A stretch of DNA of 63,963 nt, filler included, from Chiloscyllium plagiosum (taxonomy: Eukaryota), in assembly GCF_004010195.1 (NCBI RefSeq). It is 4 parts of one record of this genome, joined end to end, with 100 filler letters (N's around TTAATTAATTAA, not from the genome) between each part and the next. Parts side by side here need not be neighbours in the genome. Positions count along the whole stretch, not along the records: positions 27,085 to 48,072 come from NC_057716.1; 3 more parts are not named here. The stretch is one strand, 5' to 3'. How positions within the stretch are numbered: position 1 is the stretch's first letter; each line of letters starts with the position of its first letter. Positions 26,985-39,088 of the stretch are shown piece after piece. A program made the position numbers and the translations under genes. The notes under the pieces are model-generated. The model was not told where the DNA came from and did no database searches. It was given only the letters and a program-made list of their open reading frames with translations.

Positions 26985-27084
26985 NNNNNNNNNNNNNNNN
27001 NNNNNNNNNNNNNNNNNNNNNNNNNNNNTTAATTAATTAANNNNNNNNNNNNNNNNNNNNNNNNNNNNNNNNNNNNNNNNNNNN
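26985..27084. other. Artificial 100-bp contig spacer N44-TTAATTAATTAA-N44 (also 48073-48172 and 59255-59354)
   Basis: An identical 12-mer with stops in all six frames is centred in three equal-length gaps. Confidence 0.9.
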
Positions 27085-27360
27085 TCCAGGTCTCATTCCC
27101 CTCACACTGCTCCAGGTCTCGTTCCCCTCACACTGCTCCAGGTCTCATTCCCCTCACACTGCTCCAGATCTCATTCCCCTCACACTGTTCCAGGTCTCAT
27201 TCCCCTCACACTGCTCCAGGTCTCGTTCCCCTCACACTGCTCCAAGTCTCATTCCTCTCATCCTGCTCCAGGTCTCATTCCCCTCGCCCTGCTCCAGGTC
27301 TCATTCCCCTCGCCCTGCTCCAGGTTCATTCCCCTCGCCCTGCTCCAGGTCTCATTCCCC
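27085..27360. repeat. 26-bp minisatellite, about 10 visible copies
   Basis: Unit tccaggtctcattcccctcacactgc, grading to ...cccctcgccctgc. Confidence 0.9.
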
Positions 27361-27617
27361 TTGTACCACTCAGGGACTGCTAGAAATAAAAAAAATGAAA
27401 AGACAGAAATTAAACAGGTGGAGCAGAGGATCTCTAGGTGAAGCATCCTACTCTGCTGCCATCGTTGGTGGCAACCAATAATGTCTGCCATGAGCTCAGC
27501 TTGCTGGTTTGAATGGAAATGCAAGACAGTATTATTGGCACATTAACTGCAGGCATTCTCTTACCTTGAGTTCAACAAAGATACAGTAAAAACAATACTG
27601 TTGTTCTCTTACACCTC

Positions 27618-27926
27618 ATTCGATTGGATTCCCTACAGTATGAAAATAACAAGTCCACACTGACCCTCCAAAGAGTAACCCACCCAGACCTATTCCCCTA
27701 CCCTATATTTATCTGTGACTAATGTTCCTAACACTATGGGCAATTTAACATGGCCAAATCCCCTAATCTGCACATCTTTGGATTGTGGGAGGAAACCGGA
27801 GTGCCTGGAGGAAACCCAAACAGACACAGGGAGAATGTGCAAACTCCACACAGACAGTTGCCTGAGGCTGGAATCAAACCCGGTGTTGTGCGGCAGCAGT
27901 TTTAACCACTGAGCCACCATGCCACC
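27618..27926 (-). mobile_element. HE1-like SINE
   Basis: Head and V-domain. Confidence 0.83.
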
Positions 27927-28039
27927 CTAAGGGTGGTGCTGAGATTGGATGTTGAAGACAGTATAGAGGTATAGCTATGAAAAGATGAACACAGGAATGT
28001 TCAAAAGCCACAGGAATCCATTACAATAAGTGCTGGGTA

Positions 28040-28775
28040 AGTCACAATGGCTGCACATTTTCCTCTGCCAGTGACCGTCAAAATTAAGGGTGATGTAAAG
28101 CAGATCTGGCAGATTTTCCACCGTGAAATTGTATCAGATTTGGTTATCAAGCCAGATCAGTTATGCTTTTATTACTGCTGGGGATAGAATGTTGTAAAGT
28201 TATTACATCCCTAATTTCTCCAAAGAACGAAAATGTTACTGTAGAAATATTGACAGCCTTGAAGGCACACTTTGAACCTAAATTGAATATTGTGTGTTCA
28301 GTATGAGAACTTGAGGTGATGAAGAGCCGAGAGATTGATATGTGACGACATGAATATGGCTCATTGAATCCTCTGAATGTGGCCGTTTGAAAGCTGATTT
28401 CAGCAAATATGGATTTATTTCTAACTAGAGCAATCTTACAACGACAAGAAGAGAAACGGATTCTTAAAGAAGCTATAAACACATGTGAAAGGTCTGAGTT
28501 TGTAAATACTGTGGAAACATGGAGAATAGATGGGTTTGTCCACAACATGGAGAAGCAATGCATTGAAAAGCAGCTGAGACCTTTTAAATGTAACAATGTG
28601 GAGAAATATGATAAATATCCACAGAAATTCCAGCAGAAAGATCAAGGCTGATGACAAGTTGCAAATATTGCGAAGGTCATCACATGGAGCTAAAGGAAGC
28701 AAACCCGGCATGGGGGATACGGTGTTTTAAGTGCAAAATGTGAAATGACTTTATACACAAATATTTAACTGTGAA
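28040..28775 (+). mobile_element. Decayed Gypsy-type gag remnant
   Basis: Fragments LKAHFEPKLNIV, ILKEAINTCERSE and a Cys/His knuckle region CKYCEGHH...PAWGIRCFKCK; many stops. Confidence 0.55.
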
Positions 28776-28777
28776 GA

Positions 28778-29097
28778 GCCTCACAGCACCAGAGACCCTG
28801 TTTCAATTCCAGCCTCCCGTGGCTCTCTGTGTGGAGTTCGCACATTCTCCATGTGTGTGCGTGGGTTTCTTCCGGGTGCTCTAGTTTCCTCCCACAATCC
28901 AAAGATGTGAAGCTTAGGGGAATTGGTCATGCTAAATTGCCCACAGTGTTCAGGGATTTGTAGGTTATGTGCGTTAGTTAGGGAAAATGTAGAGTAATAG
29001 GTAGGGGAATGGGTCTGGATGGGAAACTCTTTGGAGGGTCGGTGTGGACTTGTTGGGCCAAATGGCCTGTTTCCACAGTGCAGGAATTCTATGATTC
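28778..29097 (+). mobile_element. HE1-like SINE, 5'-clipped
   Basis: V-domain and tail. Confidence 0.8.
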
Positions 29098-29344
29098 TAA
29101 AACAAACAAGCCGCTTGAGACAATTGCAACAGAAATGGCGGATAATAATTCGATGAAATCGAGTGTGGGTCATGGAGAAATTTCAGAGAATTCAACCTGT
29201 ACCTTAGACAAGGTTGGCAACTACAAGTCTAAATGACTAATAGTTTGTAACTATTGATCTTAGCATTGAACGAGTGTGATGTGTCAGCTAGTCACTTGTA
29301 TAGAGTCATAGGTAACACCTATTCCGACAAGTCCTGATGAACCT

Positions 29345-30868
29345 AATCCAACAGTCACTGCATCAGAGGTCTGATTAGTTTTCCTTCATGTGAATCAGAG
29401 TACCAAGCTGTGCCTTCAGAGCATGCACAGATCAACTGGCAGAGGTCTTCTTGGACATCTTCAACCTCTCCCTGCAGCAGGCCACTGTCCCTGGCTGTTT
29501 CAAAGGGCCAACATCAGCCCTGTGCTTAAGGAGGCTCATGCAGCATGTCTCAATGACTACCGCCCAGTGGCCCTAACTTCGGTGGTCATCAAGTGCTTTG
29601 AAAGGCTGGTCATGGCAGTAATCATCTCTGCCTCCCCACTACTCTTGACCCACTCCAATTTGCCTACCGGACCAACAGATCCATGTCAGATGCCATATCT
29701 CTTGCCCTTCACTCCTCCCTAGAACATCTTCACACCAAGAACAGCTACATAAGAATCCTACTCATTGACTACAGTTCAGCCTTCAACACTATTATCCCCT
29801 TGAAGCTGATGACTAAACTTAGTGATCTCAGACTAAGCCCCACTCTCTGCAACTGGATCCTCAGTTTCCTGACCCACAGGCCACAATCAGTGAAGATTGG
29901 GGACAATATTTCATCCTCATTAACACTCAACACTGGAGCCCCCCAGGGCTGTGTACTCAGCCCCCTACTGTACTCACTGTATACCCATGACTGCGTCACC
30001 AAATACCAGACTAATGTCATTTACAAGTTCGCTGATGACACCACCATAGTCGGTCGAATCTCAGATGGCAACGAAACAGACTACAGATGAGAGGTGGAAG
30101 ACCTGGAAAAATGGTGCACTGAGAACAACCTAGCTCTCAATGCTGGCAAAACCAAGGAACTCATTATTGACTTTCGGTGGGATGTTACTCATGCTCCCCT
30201 ACACATTAACAGCACAGAGTTGGAATGAGTGGAGAGTGTCAAGCTCCTGGGAGTGATCATCCACAATAAGTTTTCTGGGACTCTTCATGTGGACGCACTG
30301 GTTACAAGGGCCTAACGTCTCTTCTTCTCAGGCAGTTGAGGAAATTTGGCATGATGGCAAATATCCTTGCCAACTTTTATAGGTGTGCCATCAAGAGCAT
30401 TCTGACTGGATGTATCACTACCTGGTATGGCAACTGTACCATTCAAGATCGGACACAGTTACAGAGAGTGGTGAACTCGACCCAGACAATCACAAAGGCC
30501 AACCTCCCATCTATAGAATCCATTTACCAGGATCGCTGTCAAGGCAAGACCGCCAGCGTTCTCAAAGATCCATCCCAACCTGGCAATGCTTTTCTGCAAC
30601 ATCTACCATTGGGGAGAAGGTACAGAATCCTGAACACACACGCACCAGCCGGTTTCGAAACAGTTTCTACCCTACTGTTGTTAGAGTACTGAATGGACTC
30701 ACAAACTCATAGCATTCACCTGTACCTGTGTTTCTGTTCAACCGCTGTTTACCTATCATTTACTTATCTATGCTATTTAACTATGTGATCTGCCTGTATT
30801 GTTCGCAAGATAAAGCTTTTGAATGTGCCTCAGTACACATGACGATAAATGCAATGCAATTCAATTCA
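29345..30868 (+). mobile_element. Rex1/Babar-clade LINE, 5'-truncated (related 3' ends ~41690-42112, ~46205-46335, ~58850-59030)
   Basis: [79 protein letters not shown]; (aattc)-type tail. Confidence 0.88.
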
Positions 30869-30904
30869 TAAAATGCCAACAAGTTCAGTTAGACATCCTT
30901 CAGT

Positions 30905-31185
30905 ACTTTGAGTCTGCACTGACCCTCCAAAGAACATCCTCAGCACACCCACTGTGTACCTGTAACCTTGCTTTTCCCATGACTAGATAGTTTAGGGCAA
31001 CTTAGCATGGCCAATCTATCTAACCTGCACAGTTTTGGACTGTGGGAGGAAACTTGAGCACCTGGAGCAATCCCATGTGGACACAGGGAGACCATGTGGA
31101 CTCCAAATAGTTAGTCACCCAAGGCTGGAATCTAAGCCAGGTCCCTCATGCTGTGAGACAGCAGCGCTAACCACTGAGCTATTGT
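30905..31185 (-). mobile_element. HE1-like SINE (old)
   Basis: Degenerate head and V-domain. Confidence 0.7.
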
Positions 31186-31534
31186 TCCACTTCCTGTAAC
31201 TTTATGGTCTTCATAGACCTGTGGAAAGTTACACCAGGCGACGATCTCATTGTGAAAGCCTTGGAGGTAATTTCGAGACTCTGTGATGGAACGATGCAAA
31301 CCACATGATGGCAAATCAGCCTGACATCCCAATGCAATGACAAGACTGGAGATCTCAAATTCCAGATATCAGACACAAAGCTAAAGCCAGTTGTCTCAGA
31401 AGAAGAAAGTTGAGAGCTCAGAGTAGTAACCTGAAACGTGTCAGAGGAGATTTCCAGCATTTCACATTGGCTGAGTGAACAGAGAAACAAACAGCGAGAG
31501 ACGGAAACTAAAGGAAAGCGGTTTCTAAAGGGTG

Positions 31535-31810
31535 ATGGGGCGGTTCAGTAGTTAGCACTGCTCTCTCACAGCACCAGGGACCCAGGTTTGATTCCAGCAT
31601 TGGGTGACTGTCTGTATAGAATATGCTCATTCTCTCTGTGTCTGCACTGGTTTCCTCTGGATGCTCTAGTTTCCTCCCACAGTCCAAAGATGTGCAGGTT
31701 GGGTAGATTGGCCATGGAAAATGCAGGGTAAGAGGAACAGGGTGGGTTTGGGTGGGATGCTCTTTGGAGAGTTGATGCTGAATGGCATCTTTCCTCATTG
31801 TCGGGATTCT
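31535..31810 (+). mobile_element. HE1-like SINE (old)
   Basis: Head and V-domain. Confidence 0.72.
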
Positions 31811-32323
31811 AGGAAGGTAACAGTATAAATTAGCTGAGAAGATTTCAAAACAAATCCAGCGAGCATCGCATTCCAATCAGCAGATGTTTGAGGAAAAGCT
31901 AACAATCAGTATGTGTGCCTTGCATTTAAAGAGAAGGAATAATGAAGTTTTACTAATGCATGAGAAAGGTTACATACTTAGGGCTGATTTGGGTAACTCA
32001 GTGTAAATTGGATATGCATTCTGTTATTTGCCTTTTTTTCAGTGAAAAGTAGATGGAATTATTTAGTTGGAAATGCAATACTGCACCAATGTCCTTCCTG
32101 GCTTGCTGTAGTTATGATATGCACTCACTGCAGTCATCCATTTTACATCAAATTCAAGTCCTCTTGTTGTGCAGTGGTAGTGTCCCAATGCCTGAAACAA
32201 GAGACCTGGGTTCAAGTCCCTACCTGTTCCAGAGGTATGTAATAACATCGCTGAACAGGTTGACATGGAAAATAGATTATATTTTTAAAAAGTACAAACA
32301 AGGCTGGCATCCTGTGAGTTTAA

Positions 32324-32512
32324 ATCAGAGTGGTGCTGGGAAAGCACAGCAGGTCAGGCAGCATCCGAGGAGCAGGAAAGTTCCTGATGAAAGGCTTTTG
32401 CCTAAAACGTTGATTTTCCTGCTCCTCAGATGCTGCCTGACCTGCTGTACTTTTCCAGCACCACTCTAATCTGAACTCTGGTTTCCAGCATCTGCAGTCC
32501 TCACTTTTGCCT
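32324..32512. mobile_element. Family A pLTR fold-back insertion; hammerhead GAAA mutated to AAAA
   Basis: Inverted arms, CUGAUGA-a-aggc-uuuu-gccu-AAAA-CG-UU, flanking atcctgtgag at 32309-32318 and 32515-32524. Confidence 0.75.
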
Positions 32513-32737
32513 GTATCCTGTGAGCTTATAATAATGTTTTGTTAAAGTTTTTCGATTTTGTTTGGGGTAGCAATGTGTTGAAAGTACAAGTTGATTCTGT
32601 CACAGTAAGTGACACTAAGCACTCAGAATCCTGATGGAACAGGCTAATCATTGGGTTGGCTCTTTAACCAGACAGACTTCAGGACTGTGAAATAAACAAG
32701 GTGCAAAAACAATGAGGTATAAGTTAGAGGGAATGGG

Positions 32738-32857
32738 TGCACCCGGAGGAAACCCACGCAGACACGGGGAGATCATGCAAACTCCACACAGACAGTCACC
32801 CAAGGCTGAAATCGAACCCAGGTCCCTGGCGCTGTGAAGCAGCAGTGCTAACCACTG
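32738..32857 (-). mobile_element. HE1-like SINE 5' fragment
   Basis: Head and start of V-domain. Confidence 0.75.
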
Positions 32858-33499
32858 ACTTCTTTTCAACTATCTGGCCCTCCTGTGTGTCACTAATCTC
32901 TGTCTTTGATGGCATCAACAGGACACTCAAGCTAAGTTTGATAGTTCACGACCTCCCTGTTCTGTGTGACTGTGAGGTGAGCTTCTTACCTATTTCTGGT
33001 TTGGATATGGTCAAGACTACATTCTTCTACCTCCTTAGATTTGCACAATAACTCTTGCTATCACTTTAAAAATCAAATCCACAACTTCACCGAGAGAATT
33101 ATTGTCCAAACTCACTCTCGTTCAAGGTATCACTCTTCTTTGAGCTCAGCATAACATTGCTCTGTTGCACAATGACACGCTAACCCATTTCAAACTGCCA
33201 CTTTTCCCATACCCTATCAGATTTTATGACCTCTCCCTGTCATAGCCAATGGAATTCTCATATGTAAAAACAGAAAGTTCTAGAAAAGCACAGCAGTCCT
33301 GATAGCAGCTATATAATCTCAAGGATTCACATCCTGGTCTTCAGCTCTTTTCCGAAAGTCGAGTTGAGATTAGATTAGATTAGATTTGAGTTGTAGAATA
33401 ATACAAGAACAGAAGGAAGGCGTTTTGCCTGCTGCAGCTTTACAGATACAGCAGCTTGAGACAACTTGGGGGACAACCGTCCAATTTCACCCAAGAGCT

Positions 33500-34020
33500 C
33501 AACTTTGTCCCTTTATCTAAGGAAATTTATACTGTCATTGGAGTCAGTCCAGAGAAGGCAGATACCACGTATGGAAGGACTGTTTTATGTGAAGAAGGGG
33601 AATGTTTTGGGTTTGTACCTATTGGAATATAGAAGAATAAGAAGTGACTTCATCAATACATACAAGATTCTTAGCAGACTTGACAGGGTAGATTTGGAAA
33701 AATTGTCTCCATTTATGGGACAGTCTACAACCGCAGGGCATAATCTCATGATAGGTGGTTGCATATTTAAGACAGAGATGAGGAGGAATTTATTTCCCTC
33801 AGAGAGCAGTGAATCTGTGAATTCTGTATTCCAGAGGGCTGTTGAGTATTGTTGCTAAATATATTCAAGACTGAGATAGACAGGTTTCTAATCAGCAAGG
33901 TTTGGGGAAAGACAGGAAAATGAAGTTGAAGATTATCAGACCGACCATGATCGCATTGAACGGCAGAGCTTATTTGAGGGGCTGAATGGTCTACCTCTGC
34001 TCTTATGTCCGTGGTCTTCA
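33500..34020 (+). mobile_element. Old CR1 3' end
   Basis: LEYRRIRSDFINTYKIL...FKTEMRRN. Confidence 0.75.
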
Positions 34021-34081
34021 AAGATATGTTCAATTCCTCTTTGAAAGGTCCTTCTGGCAGCAGATGGCTATCTCTTGATAA

Positions 34082-34392
34082 GGTGACATGGTGGCTCAGT
34101 CGTTAGCACTGTTGCCTCACAGTGCCAGGGACCTAGGTTCGATTCCAGCCTCAGGTGACTGTGTGGAATTTGTACATTCTCCCGGTTTCTGCTAGGTGCT
34201 CTGGTTTCCTCCCACTGTCCAAAGATGTGCAGGTTAGGTGGATTAGCCATGCTAAATTGATCATAGTGTGCCGGCTTGGTGAGTTAGCCATAGGGAATGC
34301 AGGGGTGTATCTGGGTGTGATGCTCTTTGGAGGATCAGTATGGACTCGATGGGCCAAATAGTCTGCTTCCACACTGTAGGGATTCTATGATT
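34082..34392 (+). mobile_element. HE1-like SINE
   Basis: A/B boxes, V-domain. Confidence 0.82.
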
Positions 34393-35650
34393 TGCACAGT
34401 TCTGTGTCAAGCATTATCTGATGTTCCATAGTAGCCCCATTCTGCAATAGCAGTCTCTGCTGCTTTTTCCTGCAATGGAAGACAACGAAGATAAGTTCAC
34501 CATTAGTCCCAGTGGTCTGCTCTCTCATTCAAGACCAACAACTTGTGTTGGGTTGACCTGAGGATCAGCACTTTTTTTTAATTCACTCGTGAGACAAAGC
34601 CATTGCTGTCTGGCCCAGCATTTATTGTCCTTCCCTAGTTGCCCTCGAGAAGGTGAGGATGAGCTGCCTTCTTGAACCTCTGCAGTCCACATGTTGTAAG
34701 CTGACCCCTAATACTCTGACGGAGGGAGTTCCAGGATTTTGACCCAGCAACACTGAAAGAATGATGATATATTTCCAAGTCAGAATAGTGAATGGCTCAG
34801 AGGGGAACTTGCAGGTGGAGGTGCTGCTGCCCACGTCCTTCTAGATGCAAGTTTGGAAGGTGCTGTCTGAGGATCTTTAGTGAATTTCTGTAGTGCACCT
34901 TGTAGACAGTACACATTGCTGCTACTGAACGTCGTTGGTGGAAGGAATAGATGCCAATCAAGTGGGTTGCTTTGTCCTGGGTGGTGTCAAGCTTCTTGCA
35001 GGCAAGTGGGGAGTATTCCATCACACTTCTGACATGTATCTTATAGATAGTGGACAGGTGTTGGCCCTGGGACACTACCCTGACGAATTCCTGCAGAGAT
35101 ATCCTGGAGCTGAGATAACCGACCTCCTACAATCATGACCATCTTCGTATATGCCAAGAATGTCTCCAACTAACTGAGAGTTTGCCCCCGCTTCCATCAA
35201 CACTGGTTTGCTCGAGGCCCTGGTGGAACCCAAACTGGGCATCACTGTAAGCGCTGTTAGAGTGCAGGAAATGCGGCAGCCAATTTGGACACAATAAATT
35301 CCTGCAGGAGTGAGGCACAATCAAGAATGTAGACTCTCCATGATAACCTCAGCCAGTATTAGAATCAAACCTGTCCTGTTGGCATCACGAATCAGCCATC
35401 CAGCCAACTGAGCTAACCAATGGTTCACCACTTTTTTGTTTGAGGACAATTCAGGATGGGTGCTCAGCTGGGCTCACCAATGATGCCCATATCCTGTGAA
35501 TGAATTTAAAAATGAAAAAAGTAATCTTGAATGGTTTGTCATACTTAACCAATACCATTGCCCTTAATGTTTTTGGGAATTTCTTAATCATATCCTAAAG
35601 ACACCAGAGGGGAGATGATGACCTCCCAGGATTATCACTGGACTGTTAAA

Positions 35651-35861
35651 GGACAGCAGTTCAGACAGCATCCAAGGAGCAGGAAAATCGACGTTTCGGG
35701 CAAAAGCCCTTCATCAGGAATACAGCTGTATTCCTGATGAAGGGCTTTTGCCCGAAACGTCGATTTTCCTGCTCCTTGGATGCTGTCTGAACTGCTGTGC
35801 TTTTCCAGCACCACTCTAATCCAGAATCTGGTTTCCAACATTTGCAGTCATTGTTTTTACC
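35651..35861. mobile_element. Family A pLTR insertion containing a perfect 146-bp palindrome (35653-35798)
   Basis: Arms are exactly complementary around tacag|ctgta. TSD cactggactgttaaa at 35636-35650 and 35862-35876. Confidence 0.88.
35731..35765 (+). ncRNA. Intact minimal hammerhead motif, family A (mirror copy 35686-35720 on minus)
   Basis: uuc-CUGAUGA-a-gggc-uuuu-gccc-GAAA-CG-UC-ga, with a palindromic ACGU and a GUC triplet ending at 35761. Confidence 0.78.
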
Positions 35862-37475
35862 CACTGGACTGTTAAATCAGAGACCCAGGCTGAGTTCGAA
35901 ATCCTGCCAGCATAGATGGTGGAATTTGAATTCAATACATATCTGGAATTAAGAGTTTAATGATGATCAGGAATCCATGGTTGATTGTTGTTCAAGAAAC
36001 ATAGAATTCCTGCAGCATGGAAACAGGCCATTTGGCCCAACAGATCCACACCGACCCTCTGAAGAGTAACCCATCCAGCCTATCCCCCTACCTTATTGCT
36101 CAACATTGCCCATGACTAATGCACCTAACAGGGCAGGAAGCTGACATCCTTACCCGGTCTGATGTACATGTGACTCTAGCAATGTGGTTCACTGTTAACA
36201 ACTGGGGATAGGCAATAAATGTTGGCCAAGCCAGTGATGCCCACGTCCTGTGAATGAATTAAAAACACTTACTCATTGTCTCCCCCCCCACCACCGTCCA
36301 CACAAACTGTTCTCTGACATAAACAATCCCACGATGTCCTCTCTTGTGTCAGCTCTTGCTGCAGTAAAGAGACAGGTTTTCAACAGCTTCTCGTGTCAGC
36401 GACACTGCGAAGGGCTTTCAACCGCATGATTTAAACAAATTCTTGACGTATTTTAGTGCTGTTGCTCTGAAAAAAAAGAAAAAAAATGCCTATTGGGAAA
36501 TTTAACAGGAACTTGAAACCATGACCCAAAGATTCAGAGACGAGATTGTTGCCATTGAGCCAAGAACATCTTGTAAACATTGTCTCCTCTATCGCTGGAA
36601 CACATCCCCTTTTTTTGTGTACTCCAGCTGTTTTCTATCATCCTCTACCCTGGTCACCAGCTGTTTGCTTCCTTCAACTACCTCTGATTCCAGCTGTTTT
36701 CTTGATCTAATACCTTTGTACTTCAGCCATTTTCTTCTACAAGGGAAAGACTAGCACTTATATAGCGCCTTTCATAACTGCAGCATATCCCAAAGCACTC
36801 TACAGACAGTAAAGTACCTTTGGAAGTGGAAGCACTGTTAGAATGCAGGAGATGTGGCAGGCAATTTGTTCACAGTAAATTCCTACATAAAGCTGTGTGA
36901 TAATTGATTATTTTTAGCTTTGTGATGTGGATAATTAAGGCAAAATCACCAGAGCCCCAGAGCAGCATGTGGGTGCTCTCTTGTTGGAGAGAGACAAGTG
37001 GTGGTGAGTTTAACCTCAGGTCTGTCATGCCTCAGGTGAGGAGAGAGTTTGAAAAAGTGGGGCTTCCAGAGTAACCTCAGCCAGTTCAGGAATAGAACCC
37101 ACACTGGTGGTGTCACTCTCTATCACAAACCAGCTGTCCAACCAACTGAGCTAACCAACCCTAAGATATGGGTAAACTATTGACCAGGATATGGTGGATA
37201 TCTCCCTGCCTCAGTTTAAGGTTTCATGGAAAAGTCAGTGCAGCACGAGTACCAGCCTTAGTTTTTATGTTCATAACCTGGTTTGGGACTGGGACCCTCA
37301 ACCTCAGATGCAAAGGTAAAACGACCGCAACAGTTGAAATAAATACAATGTACTACAACTTGGCCTAGACTCGTTGGGCTCTTTCAGTGCTTCATTTCTT
37401 GGTTAAAAACCTTGTAACTTGCACTTACAAAGCACCTTTCATACAAGTGGAACTTAAGAACTTATAAGAACTTAT

Positions 37476-37976
37476 AAGTGGATCTTATAGGAAAGATGTT
37501 GTGAAACCGGGAAGAGTTCAGAAAAGATTTACAAGGATGTTGCCAGGGTTGGAGGGTTTGAACTACAGGGAGAGTCTGGACAGATGGGCTGTTTTCCCTG
37601 GAGTGTTGGAGGCTGAGGGGTGATCTTATAGAAGTTATAGAGGCATGGAGAGAGTGAATAGCAAAGATCTTTTCCCCAGGGTAGGGAAGTCCAAAACTAG
37701 AGGGGCAAAGGTTTCAGGTGAGAGGGGAAAGATTTAAAAGGGACCTAAAGGGCAACTTCTTCCTGCAGAGGCATGACCTGCCAGAGGAAGTGGTGGGGTG
37801 TGGAACAATTACAACATTAAAAAGGCATCTGAATGTGTATAAATAGGAAGGCTTTAGATGAATTTGGGTCAAATGCTGGCAAATGGGACTAGATTAATTT
37901 AGGATATCTGGTCAGCATGGACAAATTGGACAGAAGGGGGTCTGTTTCTGTGCTGTACATCTCTCTGACTCTATAA
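37476..37976 (+). mobile_element. CR1 3' fragment
   Basis: Same family as 1-346. Confidence 0.8.
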
Positions 37977-38372
37977 GAACCAGGAGCAGGAGTAGGCTAT
38001 TCAGCCTTTTTAGCTTGCTCCACCATTGGCTCTCCATCACATTTAATCTTATTCCTAAGTAAAAATCTGTCTGTCTCCTCCTTAAATTTATTCAGTGTTG
38101 CAGTCTCCATTGCACTGTGGGACAGTGAATTCCACAGATTCTCTATCCTTCAAGAGAAGTAATTCCTCCTTAGCTCTGTTTCAAACTGTTACCTTTATCT
38201 TAAAACTACAGCCTCTCATTCTCACTGGTCCACAAGGGGAAACATCTCTTCTGCACCCGCTTTATTGAGAATGAGATTCACAGCAGACTAATTGGTCAAA
38301 GAGATATATCTTAATGGGGGAAATAAAGAAAAAAAGACATGTTAATGAGATAATTAATATCAATGTCAAGTA

Positions 38373-38572
38373 CAGTAGAAGCCTGGTGTCCGCAGATTCG
38401 GTTACCACGGTTTCAGTTATCTGTGATTTACCACGACCCGAAAATATTACATAGAATATTCCAGAATTAATTCTGGGGCTGCCGGGAGATAAATTTCCCA
38501 TTTAAATGATGGGGTTCGCTACTATCCGCGGTAGGTTTGGAACATATCACCCATAGATACAGGAGTCACCTG
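38373..38572. mobile_element. pogo/Tigger-like MITE
   Basis: TA|CAG...CTG|TA ends, imperfect TIRs, and tatccgcgg / ggaac..atc.ccc...gatac motifs reminiscent of Tigger-derived MITEs. Confidence 0.5.
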
Positions 38573-38773
38573 TATTTTGCATTCAAGGATAAACAGATAA
38601 TTCTACTTCATGATCTGCTATGGTGGGATTCAAACCCATATCTCTGAAGCATAGTCCAGGGTTCAGGATTACTAGTCCAGTAAGATTACCACTACACCAC
38701 TGTATAGTGTGTACCTGGGACATCTTTGCTGACTTTGACCAACTTTGTGAAGCTGTTAAATCCTGCAATAGGT

Positions 38774-38836
38774 TTAGGGTTAACCCTAACCCTAACCCTA
38801 ACCCTAACCCTAACCCTAACCCTAACCCTAACCCTA
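38774..38836. repeat. Interstitial telomeric repeat: (CCCTAA)8 plus partial units, preceded by one inverted TTAGGG
   Basis: Read directly from the sequence. Confidence 0.92.
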
Positions 38837-39088
38837 TCACAGGTCTGTGTGGTGTATCTATTTAAGGGGTAATGGTGGATATTCTCCCTAACTGTGTCAT
38901 CTGTGCCTGTATTCTGGGGCACTCTACAGGGGGCTTTCTGCTCTGTGTAGGGTTGTTCTGGAGCTCCAGGGTTTAGAAATCTCCTCAACTCAACTTTTAG
39001 CATCCCAGGAGAAAAAGGATAATTAATTAGCCGTGAATAATCGTCCCTTTTGTAACAATGATGCAGCTTTCTTTCCAATTGGTGCAGG

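Noticed and set aside
27029..27040. TTAATTAATTAA islands inside N runs (also 48117-48128 and 59299-59310)
   Set aside because: Identical, centred in equal 100-bp gaps, with stops in all frames: an artificial scaffolding linker.
27085..27360. CRISPR-like array
   Set aside because: Units are head-to-tail with no unique spacers, there are no cas genes, and the context is eukaryotic.
32120..32165. Candidate previous PDIA5 exon end (...KWMTA|gtgagt, minus)
   Set aside because: No similarity to the expected upstream peptide, and it runs into a SINE-like head at ~32160-32285.
35651..35861. Fold-back elements as DNA-transposon MITEs or miRNA genes
   Set aside because: Arms are asymmetric and variable, TSDs vary from 10 to 15 bp, and the same sequence is attached to Penelope coding remnants.
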